64,000 nucleotides of DNA from Macrostomum hystrix (taxonomy: Eukaryota; Animalia; Platyhelminthes), in the NCBI GenBank assembly GCA_950097015.1, contig CATNEN010000031.1, positions 3,224,001-3,288,000 on the forward strand. The letters are read 5' to 3'. The position numbers and the translations under genes were made by a program. Under the pieces are notes generated by a model that was not told where the DNA came from, searched no databases, and worked only from the letters and a program-made list of their open reading frames with translations. This document shows positions 48,901 to 60,900 of the stretch, one piece after another (positions within the stretch are counted from its first letter, which is position 1; each line of letters opens with the position of its first letter).

Positions 48901-51900
48901 TGCTAGTCTAGCTCATTAATTAGGGGATGGAATGGATTGCTAGTCTAGCTCATTAATTAGGGGATGGATTGCTAGTCTAGCTCATTAATTAGGGGATGGA
49001 ATGGATTACTAGTCTAGCTCATTAATTAGGGGATGGAATGTATTGCTAGTCTAGCTCATTAATTAGGGGATGGAATGGATTGCTAGTCTAGCTCATTAAT
49101 TAGGGGATGGAATGTATTGCTAGTCTAGCTCATTAATTAGGGGATGGAATGTATTGCTAGTCTAGCTCATTAATTAGGGGATGGATTGCTAGTCTAGCTC
49201 ATTAATTAGGGGATGGAATGGATTGCTAGTCTAGCTCATTAATTAGGGGATGGAATGTATTGCTAGTCTAGCTCATTAATTAGGGGATCGAATGGATTGC
49301 TAGTCTAGCTCATTAATTAGGGGATGGAATGGATTGCTAGTCTAGCTCATTAATTAGGGGATGGAATGGATTGCTAGTCTAGCTCATTAATTAGGGGATG
49401 GAATGTATTGCTAGTCTAGCTCATTAATTAGGGGATGGAATGTATTGCTAGTCTAGCTCATTAATTAGGGGATGGAATGGATTGCTAGTCTAGCTCATTA
49501 ATTAGGGGATGGAATGGATTGCTAGTCTAGCTCATTAATTAGGGGATGGAATGGATTGCTAGTCTAGCTCATTAATTAGGGGATGGAATGGATTGCTAGT
49601 CAAGCTCATTAATTAGGGGATGGAATGGATTGCTAGTCTAGCTCATTAATTAGGGGATGGAATGGATTGCTAGTCTAGCTCATTAATTAGGGGATGGAAT
49701 GGATTGCTAGTCTATCATATAAATGATGCTAAAAATGCGTTTTTGGAGCTGAAGTGTGGGATATTTTGTGTCAGGGAGTTTGTTTATCACCTTAGCCAAT
49801 CAAAACGTTTCTATTCTCGACCGCAGGCAGGTGAGGAATTTCGTTGACCTTGGATTTAGCAGAATGCGAAGATCAATTTAATTCGGCAATAGAATGGAAT
49901 TTCGTCACCAGAAAAAGTCACAGCCCCAACAGTATTTTGTATTGAAAACGAATGCAGCGCAGTCACCCAGCAAGTCAAGCTTTCTGTTTAAAATATTTCA
50001 AACTTTTCCCAGTTTGAGGTTTAGAATTTATTTCTAATTGATGTTTGCTAGTTGGCATGACAACCAGAAGGTTGCTAATATGCAGTGCATGCCAAGCTAA
50101 CTAACTAGTCTATCTGAGCACTGGTTCTAGACTGGTCAAATCATACCTATCCGGGGATGGGGGGCATAAATATTCCACCTCACGTTCTTGGCCTTTTTTC
50201 ACCGACCCTCAGACGCCGGCAAGGTCAAGGAGCATAATATATTGGCGTCCAAGTTGATTAAACTGTTATTAGCTTTAGCTGGCTGTCTATAAGCCATGTT
50301 CCTAAGCCACACTGGCCAGGTCTATAATCTGCAGCCAGCGTGAATTAAGAAAGAACTAAAACTGTTCGGCTAACAGTGTATTCTTTTCAAGAATGGCTTG
50401 GCCAACCTAAGCATTGTGTCGCCGCTCGTCACTGATCCCCTGCAGACTTTGGGCAAAAAAAATCAATAGCAGTACCTAAGTACCTAAGGTTCTCACGGTT
50501 ATTGTTTGCTTTATCAACTTCGTAGATAGTATTTCTACACACCTACATAAGAAGGCCGGGTTGGCTTGGCGGAAGCAAAGTTCCGAGCCTCTCTGTTTGT
50601 ACTTTACAATTCGCGTTGTATTCACCTTGTGACCAATTCTATAGTTCTTGTACCCAACAACTCAGTGTTGTGGTCTTCAATGGTAAGCAGAATCTACTAC
50701 AAGGACCTATAAATACAAGAACCTGGAAATTTTGACCAGAAAATCTTTCGCAACAATTTCGGTACTTCAACGTACATTGCAAATTGTATTTTTTGCGTTT
50801 ATATGGATGTTTATAAATGTAAGCATATGCGTAGTTTTTTTCTACCAATAAAGCTGTTAGTCTATGGCCACGACTGGCTATATGTATCGTGTTAAACTGC
50901 CCATAACTTTGAGCCATAGACATTGGGAGTGGGCAGAAATGATTTATTGCTGCAGCCTGCACGCTTCAACTGTCTATGGGTAAGAGCCGCCTGAAATCAT
51001 TCAATACCATAGACAGCTCTATTAGGAACCATAAAAATATATCAGATAGAGAATCAGAGATTTAGTAGATCCAGTAAACCTTTCTTAAATAAAATGCTAA
51101 AGGCTATCTTAGTGTTATTATTTAGAATTCCTTGGAGTGATCAGCAAAAATATATATTTCCTTATATTTCTATTTATATTTTATCGCCGAATCCATTGGA
51201 TATATTTTGCTACAACTCTTTTAGGCTACACTGGAGGCTAAATTTGACGAGTGAAAATGGAAGAAAATTTGAAATTTATCGTTCGCTCATCTCAGCGGTT
51301 GCCCGGCTCTTCCATTTCACTTTCAATTTTATCTCTCTGCCGTTCAGCTGAAATTGGGATTTTTTCCCATCGTCTCAACTGGCAGGGCAGCCAAGTTGGA
51401 TTTGCAGGGCTGTCTGTGAAGATCAAAGTAAATGTTATTTCATGCCTATATTTGGTCATACATTTCTAAAGCTAGTTTTATATTATTTTCATCGAGTTAT
51501 ATGCAGCAGAGAGCTATTAGTTTGGGTACATGGCTCGTCAGACTTTTGGGATACAAACCAGAGACTCAATGTAATAAAGTTTTCTTCGCCATGCAGGTGT
51601 GTCCCAGTGCAGTGTTCTGGTACGACCTCGCAATAATGTATGCCGTGTATAGCAGCTCCTAGTGAATAGCCTCACTGAGCTTCAAAGACCAACGAAAAAC
51701 TGCAAATAGGCAGCATCGCATGCAAAAGTACTTCTGCTTGGCCTGCAGGCAGTTGGTAAATGCGATGCACTTGACTGACAGTGTTCACATGAAAACCTGT
51801 TTTTCTCATCGTTATTGTGATAGACTAGAAATTCCTTCCACCCCATCATTGATGGAATAGACTAGCAATCCATTCCACCCCATCATTGATTGGATAGACT

Positions 51901-54900
51901 AGCAATCCATCCAACCCATCATTGATGGGATAGACTAGCAATCCATTTCACCCCATCATTGATGGGATAGACTAGCAATCCATTTCACCCCATCATTTAT
52001 GGGATAGACTAGCAATCCATTTCACCCCATCATTTATGGAATAGACTAGCAATCCATTTCACCCCATCATTGATGGGATAGACTAGCAATCCATTTCACC
52101 CCATCATTTATGAGATAGACTAGCAATCCATTTCACCCCATCATTGATGGGATAGACTAGCAATCCATTTCACCCCATCATTGATGGGATAGACTAGCAA
52201 TCCATTCCACCCCATCATTCGTGGGATAGGCCTGTTATCCATTAGATCTCGTCATTCATTCAGTATCAGGGGATGTGCGGCTGGCTGTTGATGTTTGTGG
52301 GCACGTGACGGCAACAGTGCTCTAAAATAGAACATTTTGCATCCCTATCTAGTTTTTTCAGCAATGACTGTTCGAATCTGTTACGACCTAAGTAAGGGGA
52401 AGTAAAACAGTGAAATATTAGCGACTTCGGTGCGCTTTGATGGACAGCAGGAAGTGTCGAGCGGAGAGAGTCTTAAAGTGATTCTCAAGCTGCAGTCCAA
52501 GGCAATTATGGACTGTTCTCTGGCCCATTTTAGAGCCCCTCTCCCTCTGCCGTGTTTTCTAAAGCGCAAAGCAACGAGAGAAGCAGAGGCAGCAAGAGAG
52601 AGAGAGAGAGAGAAATCCCTGTTGCACGCGTTTCCGTTTGCGAGGTTCCCTCCGCTAACCCAGTAAGGCAGGAAATTCTGGGCGCGGCGGCAGCTCTGGT
52701 TGAAGATGGGGCAGCCGAAGACACTGGGCCGACGGCTGAATGCAATTATTCATGCGGTCCGCTTCTGCTGCTTATAGGCAGTTTTTTGTCGATTCCTTCT
52801 GGCTTTAAGCGAGGCGAGACACACGTCAATGAGGATTTGTGTGACTGGCCTGCATCTTCCACTCCTCCCACCTCTATCTCTCTCTCTGTCAGTTTTTCTG
52901 CCTTCTAGTTGCCGGTGCTGTATTTTCTACTTGATTGTTTGCTACTGCTTCTGCTGTAGAGCAAGACTGGTGTCAGGTTATACGCTAGTTGGAAGCTAAT
53001 CTAATTTAGCTGTGGGAGGTGCAGTCTTGCACAACCCCTCAAAAGTGGAATTCGCTGAAGTTTCGTTCAAATTCCAATACGGATTTTTGGCAGATTCTGA
53101 TCAGAAATATTCAATCCACCCGACTCGGAATCCCCGCAGGAATCCGCCAAGGAATCCGCTCAAGGTTTTGCCTTCTTGAAAATAGTGCGCCAAGGAATCA
53201 GAGATTTTTCGAGGAAAATCTTGATTAGGCTGAGCGGTTCGCATTGCTGACAGTTTGCTGGCGGTGTTACACAGCTCACCTCCGAGATCCGAGCACAGGT
53301 TGACCAGCTCGTAGCTTCGCTCCTCGATTGTGTGCCGCACAGTGAGGGTCTCCGGGTAGACTCTCAGCTGCACTACGGAGCGACGCACAAACAGCTGCAC
53401 CCGGTTGCAGCCGACCTTGTCTGGCACCTCCATGCGCTGCGTGTTGAACGTCTGGCAGGTGGTGGTGTTGAGATTGCTCAGGCGCATCGAGCGAAGCAGC
53501 GCCGGCTCCGGCTTAATTAGGGCGTGATGAGTTCGGTATTCGTCTAGCATCTGGGCAATCTTCACCATCTGTATCTGGGCGTTGCGCACCTCGAAAGAGT
53601 CCTCAGGCCAGGGGCACTGGGACAGGCTGTACTCGTACTTGTTGTAGTTGCAAGAATCGAAGCAGCGCTCTGGCCGTACGGCGCTCTCAGAGACATTGTC
53701 CGCGCACAGCATGCGGTCCAGGGACTCGTTAAGCCCGGCGTCCTTCTGGCGCATCTGGAGGCCGAGGCGTACAAAGTCGGCTAGGCCAGTCGGCTCAGAG
53801 TTGTTCATCTCGGCCCTGAACAGCTTCGTCACCGCCCGCACCCGGCTGGCATTCTTCGCGCTGATAAGGTCGTGACAGAAGCGCACTCCGCTGGGATCGA
53901 TGCCCCGCTCAGCGATCACGTGACCCTCCAGAGTGCAGCCGCACTGTTCGCGCACAGTTTGCTGGTACTCATGCTTGATGCAGTCGAATAGCTGCCTGTC
54001 GTACTGTCGCATGAAGTCAAACTGGTTGTCGAACAGGCGCAGCTTCGTGTCCCGGACGCACGGATGCGTCGGTGTGTCGGCCAGGGAGGTTCGCACCTGC
54101 TCTAGGCCGACCGCAGTCAGGGTGCCGGTGGGCGCCATGATGCCGTACTCTAACGGGTGCGGGATTGTGTCACGCTGGTGAATCTGGAACCGGATGCCGT
54201 TGTTCTCCAGACCAGAAGCCAACCTAGCCAGGCTGTCCAGCTTTAAATTGATGTCGGCCGAAGGCACGTAGAGCAACAGGAAGAGGCCGCGATCCATACC
54301 GCTGCTGCGAAGGCTGCGCACACGCGGCTTGAAGGTGAAGCAGTTGGTGTACAGCCGGTGGTAGAATACCTGTCCAATGGATTGTCGGGTGGTTTGTCGG
54401 ATGGATTTTCGGATGGATTGTCAGGTGGATTGTCGGGTGGATTGTCGGATGGATTGTCGGATGGATTGTCAGGTGGATTGTCGGGTGGATTGTCGGATGG
54501 ATTGTCAGGTGGATTGTCGGATGGATTGTCGGGTGGTTTGTCGGGTGGTTTGTTGAATGGGTTTTTGGATGGATCGATATTGCGATCGGCCCAGTGTCAT
54601 TGCTGCGATCTCCCAAACCCTACCTAAGAATAGTTAGTTGGCAAACCTGGCCTGCAAAATAAAGATGCATTCAAACTAGTGAGCCTGAAATAGTCCCTTC
54701 CTAATCCATTATTCACGCGCCTCACCGCGACGGTGCGGGCCCAACTAGTTCGCTAGCTGCTTCATCAGACATTCCCGGTGTACTTTGAATCCTCTTTGAA
54801 AGAAAGATCGCAACATAATAAAGACAATCTGAGTCAGGATTGGTGGACAGTGCGGCGGCAAGTGCGTGCAAAACACTCAAATCCCATTCGTAAGCGAAAC

Positions 54901-57900
54901 ACTTCAATCAACTGTGTGTACAGGTAGCTGGTTTTAATCTACACCCAAGATGTTAGTTCTTGGTGCTTCTATGATCAATATTCTTATCGTTGAAAAATCC
55001 CAATTTAAATACATACACAAGGCTAAACAAATAGGGGGGTGAGTGACAGAGCGGTCTAACGAGTTTGCCTCTCGCGCCAAGGTCATTGTGCTCGATTCCG
55101 CGGCGAGGCCACATTTATTTGGGGCGCAGCTGCGGAGAGAAGGCTTGGGGGCTTGTCGTGCAATTTACGCCCTCGAGGGCCAACCTCCAAGGCACAGTGA
55201 GAGTGTACACTGCCTGACGATGAGAAAGTAAGGGCAGATGTACACACCTGTGTGAGCGTATGCCTGCGTACGGTATCTGTGTGCGTGTGTGCTCAGGAGT
55301 CAGCGAATGGGCAGAATTGCCTCGCTGGCTGCGGATCTAGTGTCGCCCAAATGATGAGCCATTGCGCGCAGCCCTCCAGCAATTATTATTATTAAGCTAG
55401 CCAAAAACCTAAGAATAATTAAGCACCTGAAAATCGTGATGATCGCACAGCACTCCGTCGAATGTGCAGTAGAGCACAACATCCAATGGCCTTATATTCA
55501 CGTCCGTGATGTTGAGCACGTGCTCTAGCGCGTTATAGATTAACTCAATCGCGCGGCGCTCTTTGCGCCAGTCTGTCTCGGTGCGGAAGTGGCTGTACAC
55601 CAGGCTGTACAGGACTTCGACCTCCTCCAGCCTCTGCATGTCGTTAGCATAGGACAGGACCGACCTGTGAAAGAAGCGCTTATTCAACGGGTCGCAGAAG
55701 GTCAGGTCGGGAAACTCGAAGCTGTTCGGCTCCTGCCGATTCGTACTGCTAACCGGATACTGCAGGTAGGTGGTGACCTGCTTGGTTGTGTGCACAATGG
55801 CGCCAAGCGAGGCGGCCAGCACAATGCCGACCCACAGCATGCGCACCCAGCTCTGCTCAGAGTTGGCTCGATTGAATCCGTGCGCAGTTGTCGAACTGGT
55901 GAAATGGTTGATGTGGCCGCGCAGCATCACCTCGCGCCGATTCGGTGTTCGGCCGGATCCGCCGCCGATGTCGCCTTGCATGCCTACGCTGCTGTCCCCG
56001 ACGCCGCCGCCTGCGGTTCCGTCCATAGCGAAGCCGAGTCCTGCGCACGGATCGAGGCCGGGCGCTGCCGCGGCGGCCATGAGGTTGCCGCACCGCACCA
56101 GCTGCACTGTGTTCTTCATTGCTCTTTGCTTCAGCTGTTAGTTTCCCTAGCAGTTTCGCGCCAGTGTGTCGCAGCGCGCCGCTCCCGCTGATTCTCAGCG
56201 CTGGCTCTGCTTTCCTATTATCTTTCGGCTTGCTCTCTGCTTGCTCACCTTCTGTGCTCGTCCTTGGCGTGTCCTCGATCCCCTCCGACACTAGCGCAGG
56301 CGGATTCGCCGCTTTTCTGGTGAGGGGTCGCATTTTTTTAAGTCCCTCTCCGAGCTGACCTATAGCTCCTGACCGGGCCTGCTGGATTGTTAAGTCGCGT
56401 CCTGATTGGCTGGTCCCATAAGGGGTGGTTAATCCTATTGGCAGACAGATGAGAGAACACTGCAGCTTGCACTCTCACACATAGTCGCTGGTATCGCACA
56501 ACATGGCCTAGCTAAAGATGGCAAACACATCGCGGATGCAATAATCAATTGTGCCAGCACCTCCAATGAGGATTCTTCTTTTGGTCTATTTGCTCGCTTC
56601 AAACAAATCTCATTGTGCCAGGCGCAGGAAGCGACAGTTTGCTAAGCTTAAAGAAGACAGGCAGGCAAGGCTTGAATTTCAGTTGGGGGCCAGCCTTGGC
56701 GCGAAGGGTTCAATAGTTTTAGTTGGCAGATCAGTCCACCATCCCCGCGCTTCCTCAGACAACATGGCCCCAGTTCCAGCTTCAAAGCGTCTTGGCTTCG
56801 GCGGATAAAATAAATGCAAAACATTGGTTCCGAGTCTCTCGTCCCGCTATTAATCCGCCTTCTTGACTGATACCCTCTGGTCAACGGGATTAAAACTTTC
56901 TAGTGTAGGATTAAAACGCATATACTGCATATAAGCAGATAATCTGTCTGGCCAAGAAGGGATATCCTGTTTTTGTATACAAATTTCGGTTTCGCATTAC
57001 GACCTACTTTCACTTCACCAGCTTTAAAGATAATAATGCATAGGACTGTATTTACCGAGCTGATTACGGACATTGCCACATCGAAACTAACCTCCAGACT
57101 TGGTTGTTTTATCATGAATTTATGCCCTCCAGTATCTCTGTCGGGTCAATTATATCGACCCCTGACCCCGATCCTGTTTCCCAATTCCATTTCCCTGAGC
57201 CCTGTTTCCACATTCCATTTCCCTGACCCCTGTTTCCACATTCCATTTCCCTGAGCCCTGTTTCCACATTCCATTTCCCTGACCCCTGTTTCCACATTCC
57301 ATTTCCCTGACCCCTGTTTCCACATTCCATATCCCTGAGCCCTGTTTCCACATTCCATATCCCTGACCCCTGTTTCCACATTCCATATCCCTGAGCCCTG
57401 TTTCCACATTCCATATCCCTGACCCCTGTTTCCACATTCCATATCCCTGACCCCTGTTTCCACATTCCATATCCCTGACCCCTGTTTCCACATTCCATAT
57501 CCCTGACCCCTGTTTCCACATTCCATATCCCTGAGCCCTGTTTCCACATTCCATATCCCTGAGCCCTGTTTCCACATTCCATATCCCTGACCCCTGTTTC
57601 CACATTCCATATCCCTGACCCCTGTTTCCACATTCCATATCCCGGACGCCGTTTGGGGCTTTTATGAACTAAAGTTCTTGGAAATTAAGAAAATTCAGTT
57701 AATTGCGAGCTTTTGTTCGTTAATTTTTTTTTTACAAAAAGTTCCTAAAAGGGCTCGTAACGTAAATTGATTGATATGATAATCAATCTACTTGTTTCGT
57801 ATTTATTTGAGTTTAATTATTTAATTAAGCCTAATTTACGTTCACTTTCAAAAAAGTTTCTAAAAATAGCTTGTAACGTGACGTAATCGATATGATAAGT

Positions 57901-60900
57901 CACCACTCAACTTGGTTCGTCATTGCCCGAAAGGTGGTTTATCTGTTGCTTTGCAGGTCATGCATAGCATTGAGCGAGAGAGAAAATAAGAGAGACAGAT
58001 ACGGAGATAACAGGGCGGTCGTGTCTGAAGTGTCTAATTATTCTGAGGCCAAGTTCAAGTATAAGCCAGCAATCAAATAATTAGTCTTGGCTACTGTAAT
58101 AAGTGGAAATGGTTTCACTAAAGTTTACAGCGCCAAATATTAACATATTCGGAGCTAGTTTACTGTGTCATAGACTTCCTTATTTAAAAACAAACTCTCC
58201 CTTCTTCATCTATCAGCTAGCTCAGGGTATTGGGATGCAGCCTCCGCTTATTTGTGTCCTCCAGAAGCTTGCATGAAAAATGGTTCATGTTAAATTATGC
58301 AACTAGTCGCCCCCTTCGCGACACACTTCAAGCCTTAGGGGTCGGGCTGGGGATATGGGGCATATTGCAAATAACCGGCTACCCGCCTCTTCCCTGTCTC
58401 TCCTAAGCTGCTTATTAGTGCGAGCGTAGCTCTAGTCTAAATTGGCGTGTGAATTAATGAACTTGATGTACTTTATCTATGTAAATTCACTCCCTGCTCC
58501 CTGTTGAGAGATGCTGCTGCAAGGACTTTGTGTGATAGTCGATGGTTTCTCTGGTCAATGCAGTGTGTGTCGCTCAGTCAGTTAGTCGCAGTCAAAGTAA
58601 TGCCCAGCTGACCGATCGGTAGTGCCAATGTGATTTATGAATCTGACCCGTTTGTTTGTGGAATCATGTGGAATCCTAGTGTTTTAATGCTTCCGGTCAT
58701 ACCGATTCTCTACTTAATTACTTTATACCTGAATCCTTTATTCACTGAACTTTACTTTATACACTGAATCCCACTTCACTAAATCCAACTTCACTGAATC
58801 CCAATCTCACTGAATCCCAATCTCACTGACCACTTCAATGAGTCCCACTTCACTGAATCCCACTTCCCTGAATCCCACTTCACTGAATCCCAATCTCACT
58901 GAATCCCAATCTCACTGAATCCCAATCTCACTGAATCCCACTTCCCTGAATTCCACTTCACTGAATCCCACTTCACTGAATCCCACTTCACTGAATCCCA
59001 CTTCACTGAATCCCACTTCCCTGAATCCCACTTCACTGAATCCCACTCTCACTGAATCCCTCTTCACTGAATCCCACTTCCCTGAATCGCAATCGCACTG
59101 AATCCCACTTCACTGAATCCCACTTCACTGAATCCCACTTCCCTGAATCCCACTTCACTGAATCCCACTTCCCTGAATCCCACTTCTCTGAATGCCACTT
59201 CCCTGAATCCCACTTCACTGAATCCCACTTCACTGAATCCCACTTCACTGAATGCCACTTCCCTGAATCCCACTTCACTAAATCGCAATCGCACTGAATC
59301 CCACTTCACTGAATCCCACTTCACTGAATCCCACTTCCCTGAATCCCACTTCTCTGAATGCCACTTCCCTGAATCCCACTTCACTGAATCCCACTTCACT
59401 GAATCCCACTTCCCTGAATCCCACTTCACTGAATCCCACTTCACTGAATCCCACTCTCACTGAATCCCTCTTCACTGAATCCCACTTCCCTGAATCGCAA
59501 TCGCACTGAATCCCACTTCACTGAATCCCTCTTCACTGAATCCCACTTCTCTGAATGCCACTTCCCTGAATCCCACTTCACTGAATCCCACTTCCCTAAA
59601 TCCCACTTCACTGAATCGCAATCGCACTGAATCCCACTTCACTGAATCCCACTTCACTGAATCGCAATCGCACTGAATCCCACTTCACTGAATCCCACTT
59701 CCCTGAATCCCACTTCACTGAATCCCACTTCCCTGAATCCCACTTCACTGAATCCCACTCTCACTGAATCCCTCTTCACTGAATCCCACTTCCCTGAATC
59801 CCACTTCCCTGAATCCCACTTCACTGAATCCCACTTCCGCCGAATCCCACTTCAATTGGGTCCCAATTTGCTGAACCCACTTTTTGCATAATTTTAATTT
59901 GCTAGTTTATATTTCGTTCTGAAATACTTACAGAATCAGTGATTCTATAGGAAATCCCGCCATTGTTACCCTTTGATCTCGCCGCAGAGCCGCCCTGGAC
60001 AGTGTGGCCCTGCCGCTGCTGCGCCTCAGTCCGGAGCGAATTTGCCGCACAGAGCCAATCAGGAGAATCTGCGTCACCGTGGTCTGGTTCGGCCTCACCC
60101 TGCTGCTGGCCGTGCTCATCCCAAACATCGGTGACGTCATCAGCCTGCTGGGCAGCCTGGCCGCCGTTTTCATCTTCATCTTTCCAGGTGAAGCGCCAAC
60201 TATTCCCTCTCTTCCCAATTCCCCTCTTCCCATTCCCTCTCATCGCACTCCCTTATCTTCTCACTCACTTTTTCTCATCACTATTTTCCCATTACAATTT
60301 TTTTTTCTTCTCTTTCCGTTCATTCTCTCCCCATTCATTTTTCCTATTACAATTTTTATATCGCGTTTTTCCGATTCACTTCCGAAAGTGAATTTTCCGA
60401 TTTTCCTTTCTTGACCAATCGAATGTTCGCGCGGCCTGACGCAAATTTCAAATCATAAAATTGGACTTTGGGGTCCAGATGACTTGCTCGGGTTTCAGCA
60501 AGCACTTTATCCTACTCACCCATCCAGCACTCCGCCTAGATGGGGTTGCAACTGAGGTCTGGTACTCACACTGGACTGGCACTCCATCCCTGGTCCTCAC
60601 ACTAGACTGGCACTCCATCCCTGGTCCTCACACTGGACTGGCACTCCATCCCTGGTCCTCACCCTGGACTGGCACTCCATCCCTGGTCCTCACACTGGAC
60701 TGGCACTCCATCCCTGGTCCTCACACTGGACTGGCACTCCATCCCTGGTCCTCACACTGGGACTGGCACTCCATCCCTGGTCCTCACACTGGGACTGGCA
60801 CTCCATCCCTGGTACTCACACTGGACTGGCACTCCATCCCTGGTACTCACACTGGACTGGCACTCCATCCCTGGTACTCACACTGGACTGGCACTCCATC

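Noticed and set aside
52381-52908. Cluster of short ORFs in DEG/ENaC intron 2 as a second nested gene
   Set aside because: No homology recognised, includes a GA microsatellite, and cannot be linked to other exons.
53332-56358. Overlapping + strand and alternate-frame ORFs over the channel gene (and similar ones over ZNRF, RasGEF and mARC)
   Set aside because: Shadow ORFs caused by GC-rich codon usage of the true exons.
57112-59657. Repetitive ORFs (MECGNRGQG, KWDSV, EVGF repeats)
   Set aside because: Translations of the 28-bp and 15-bp minisatellites.
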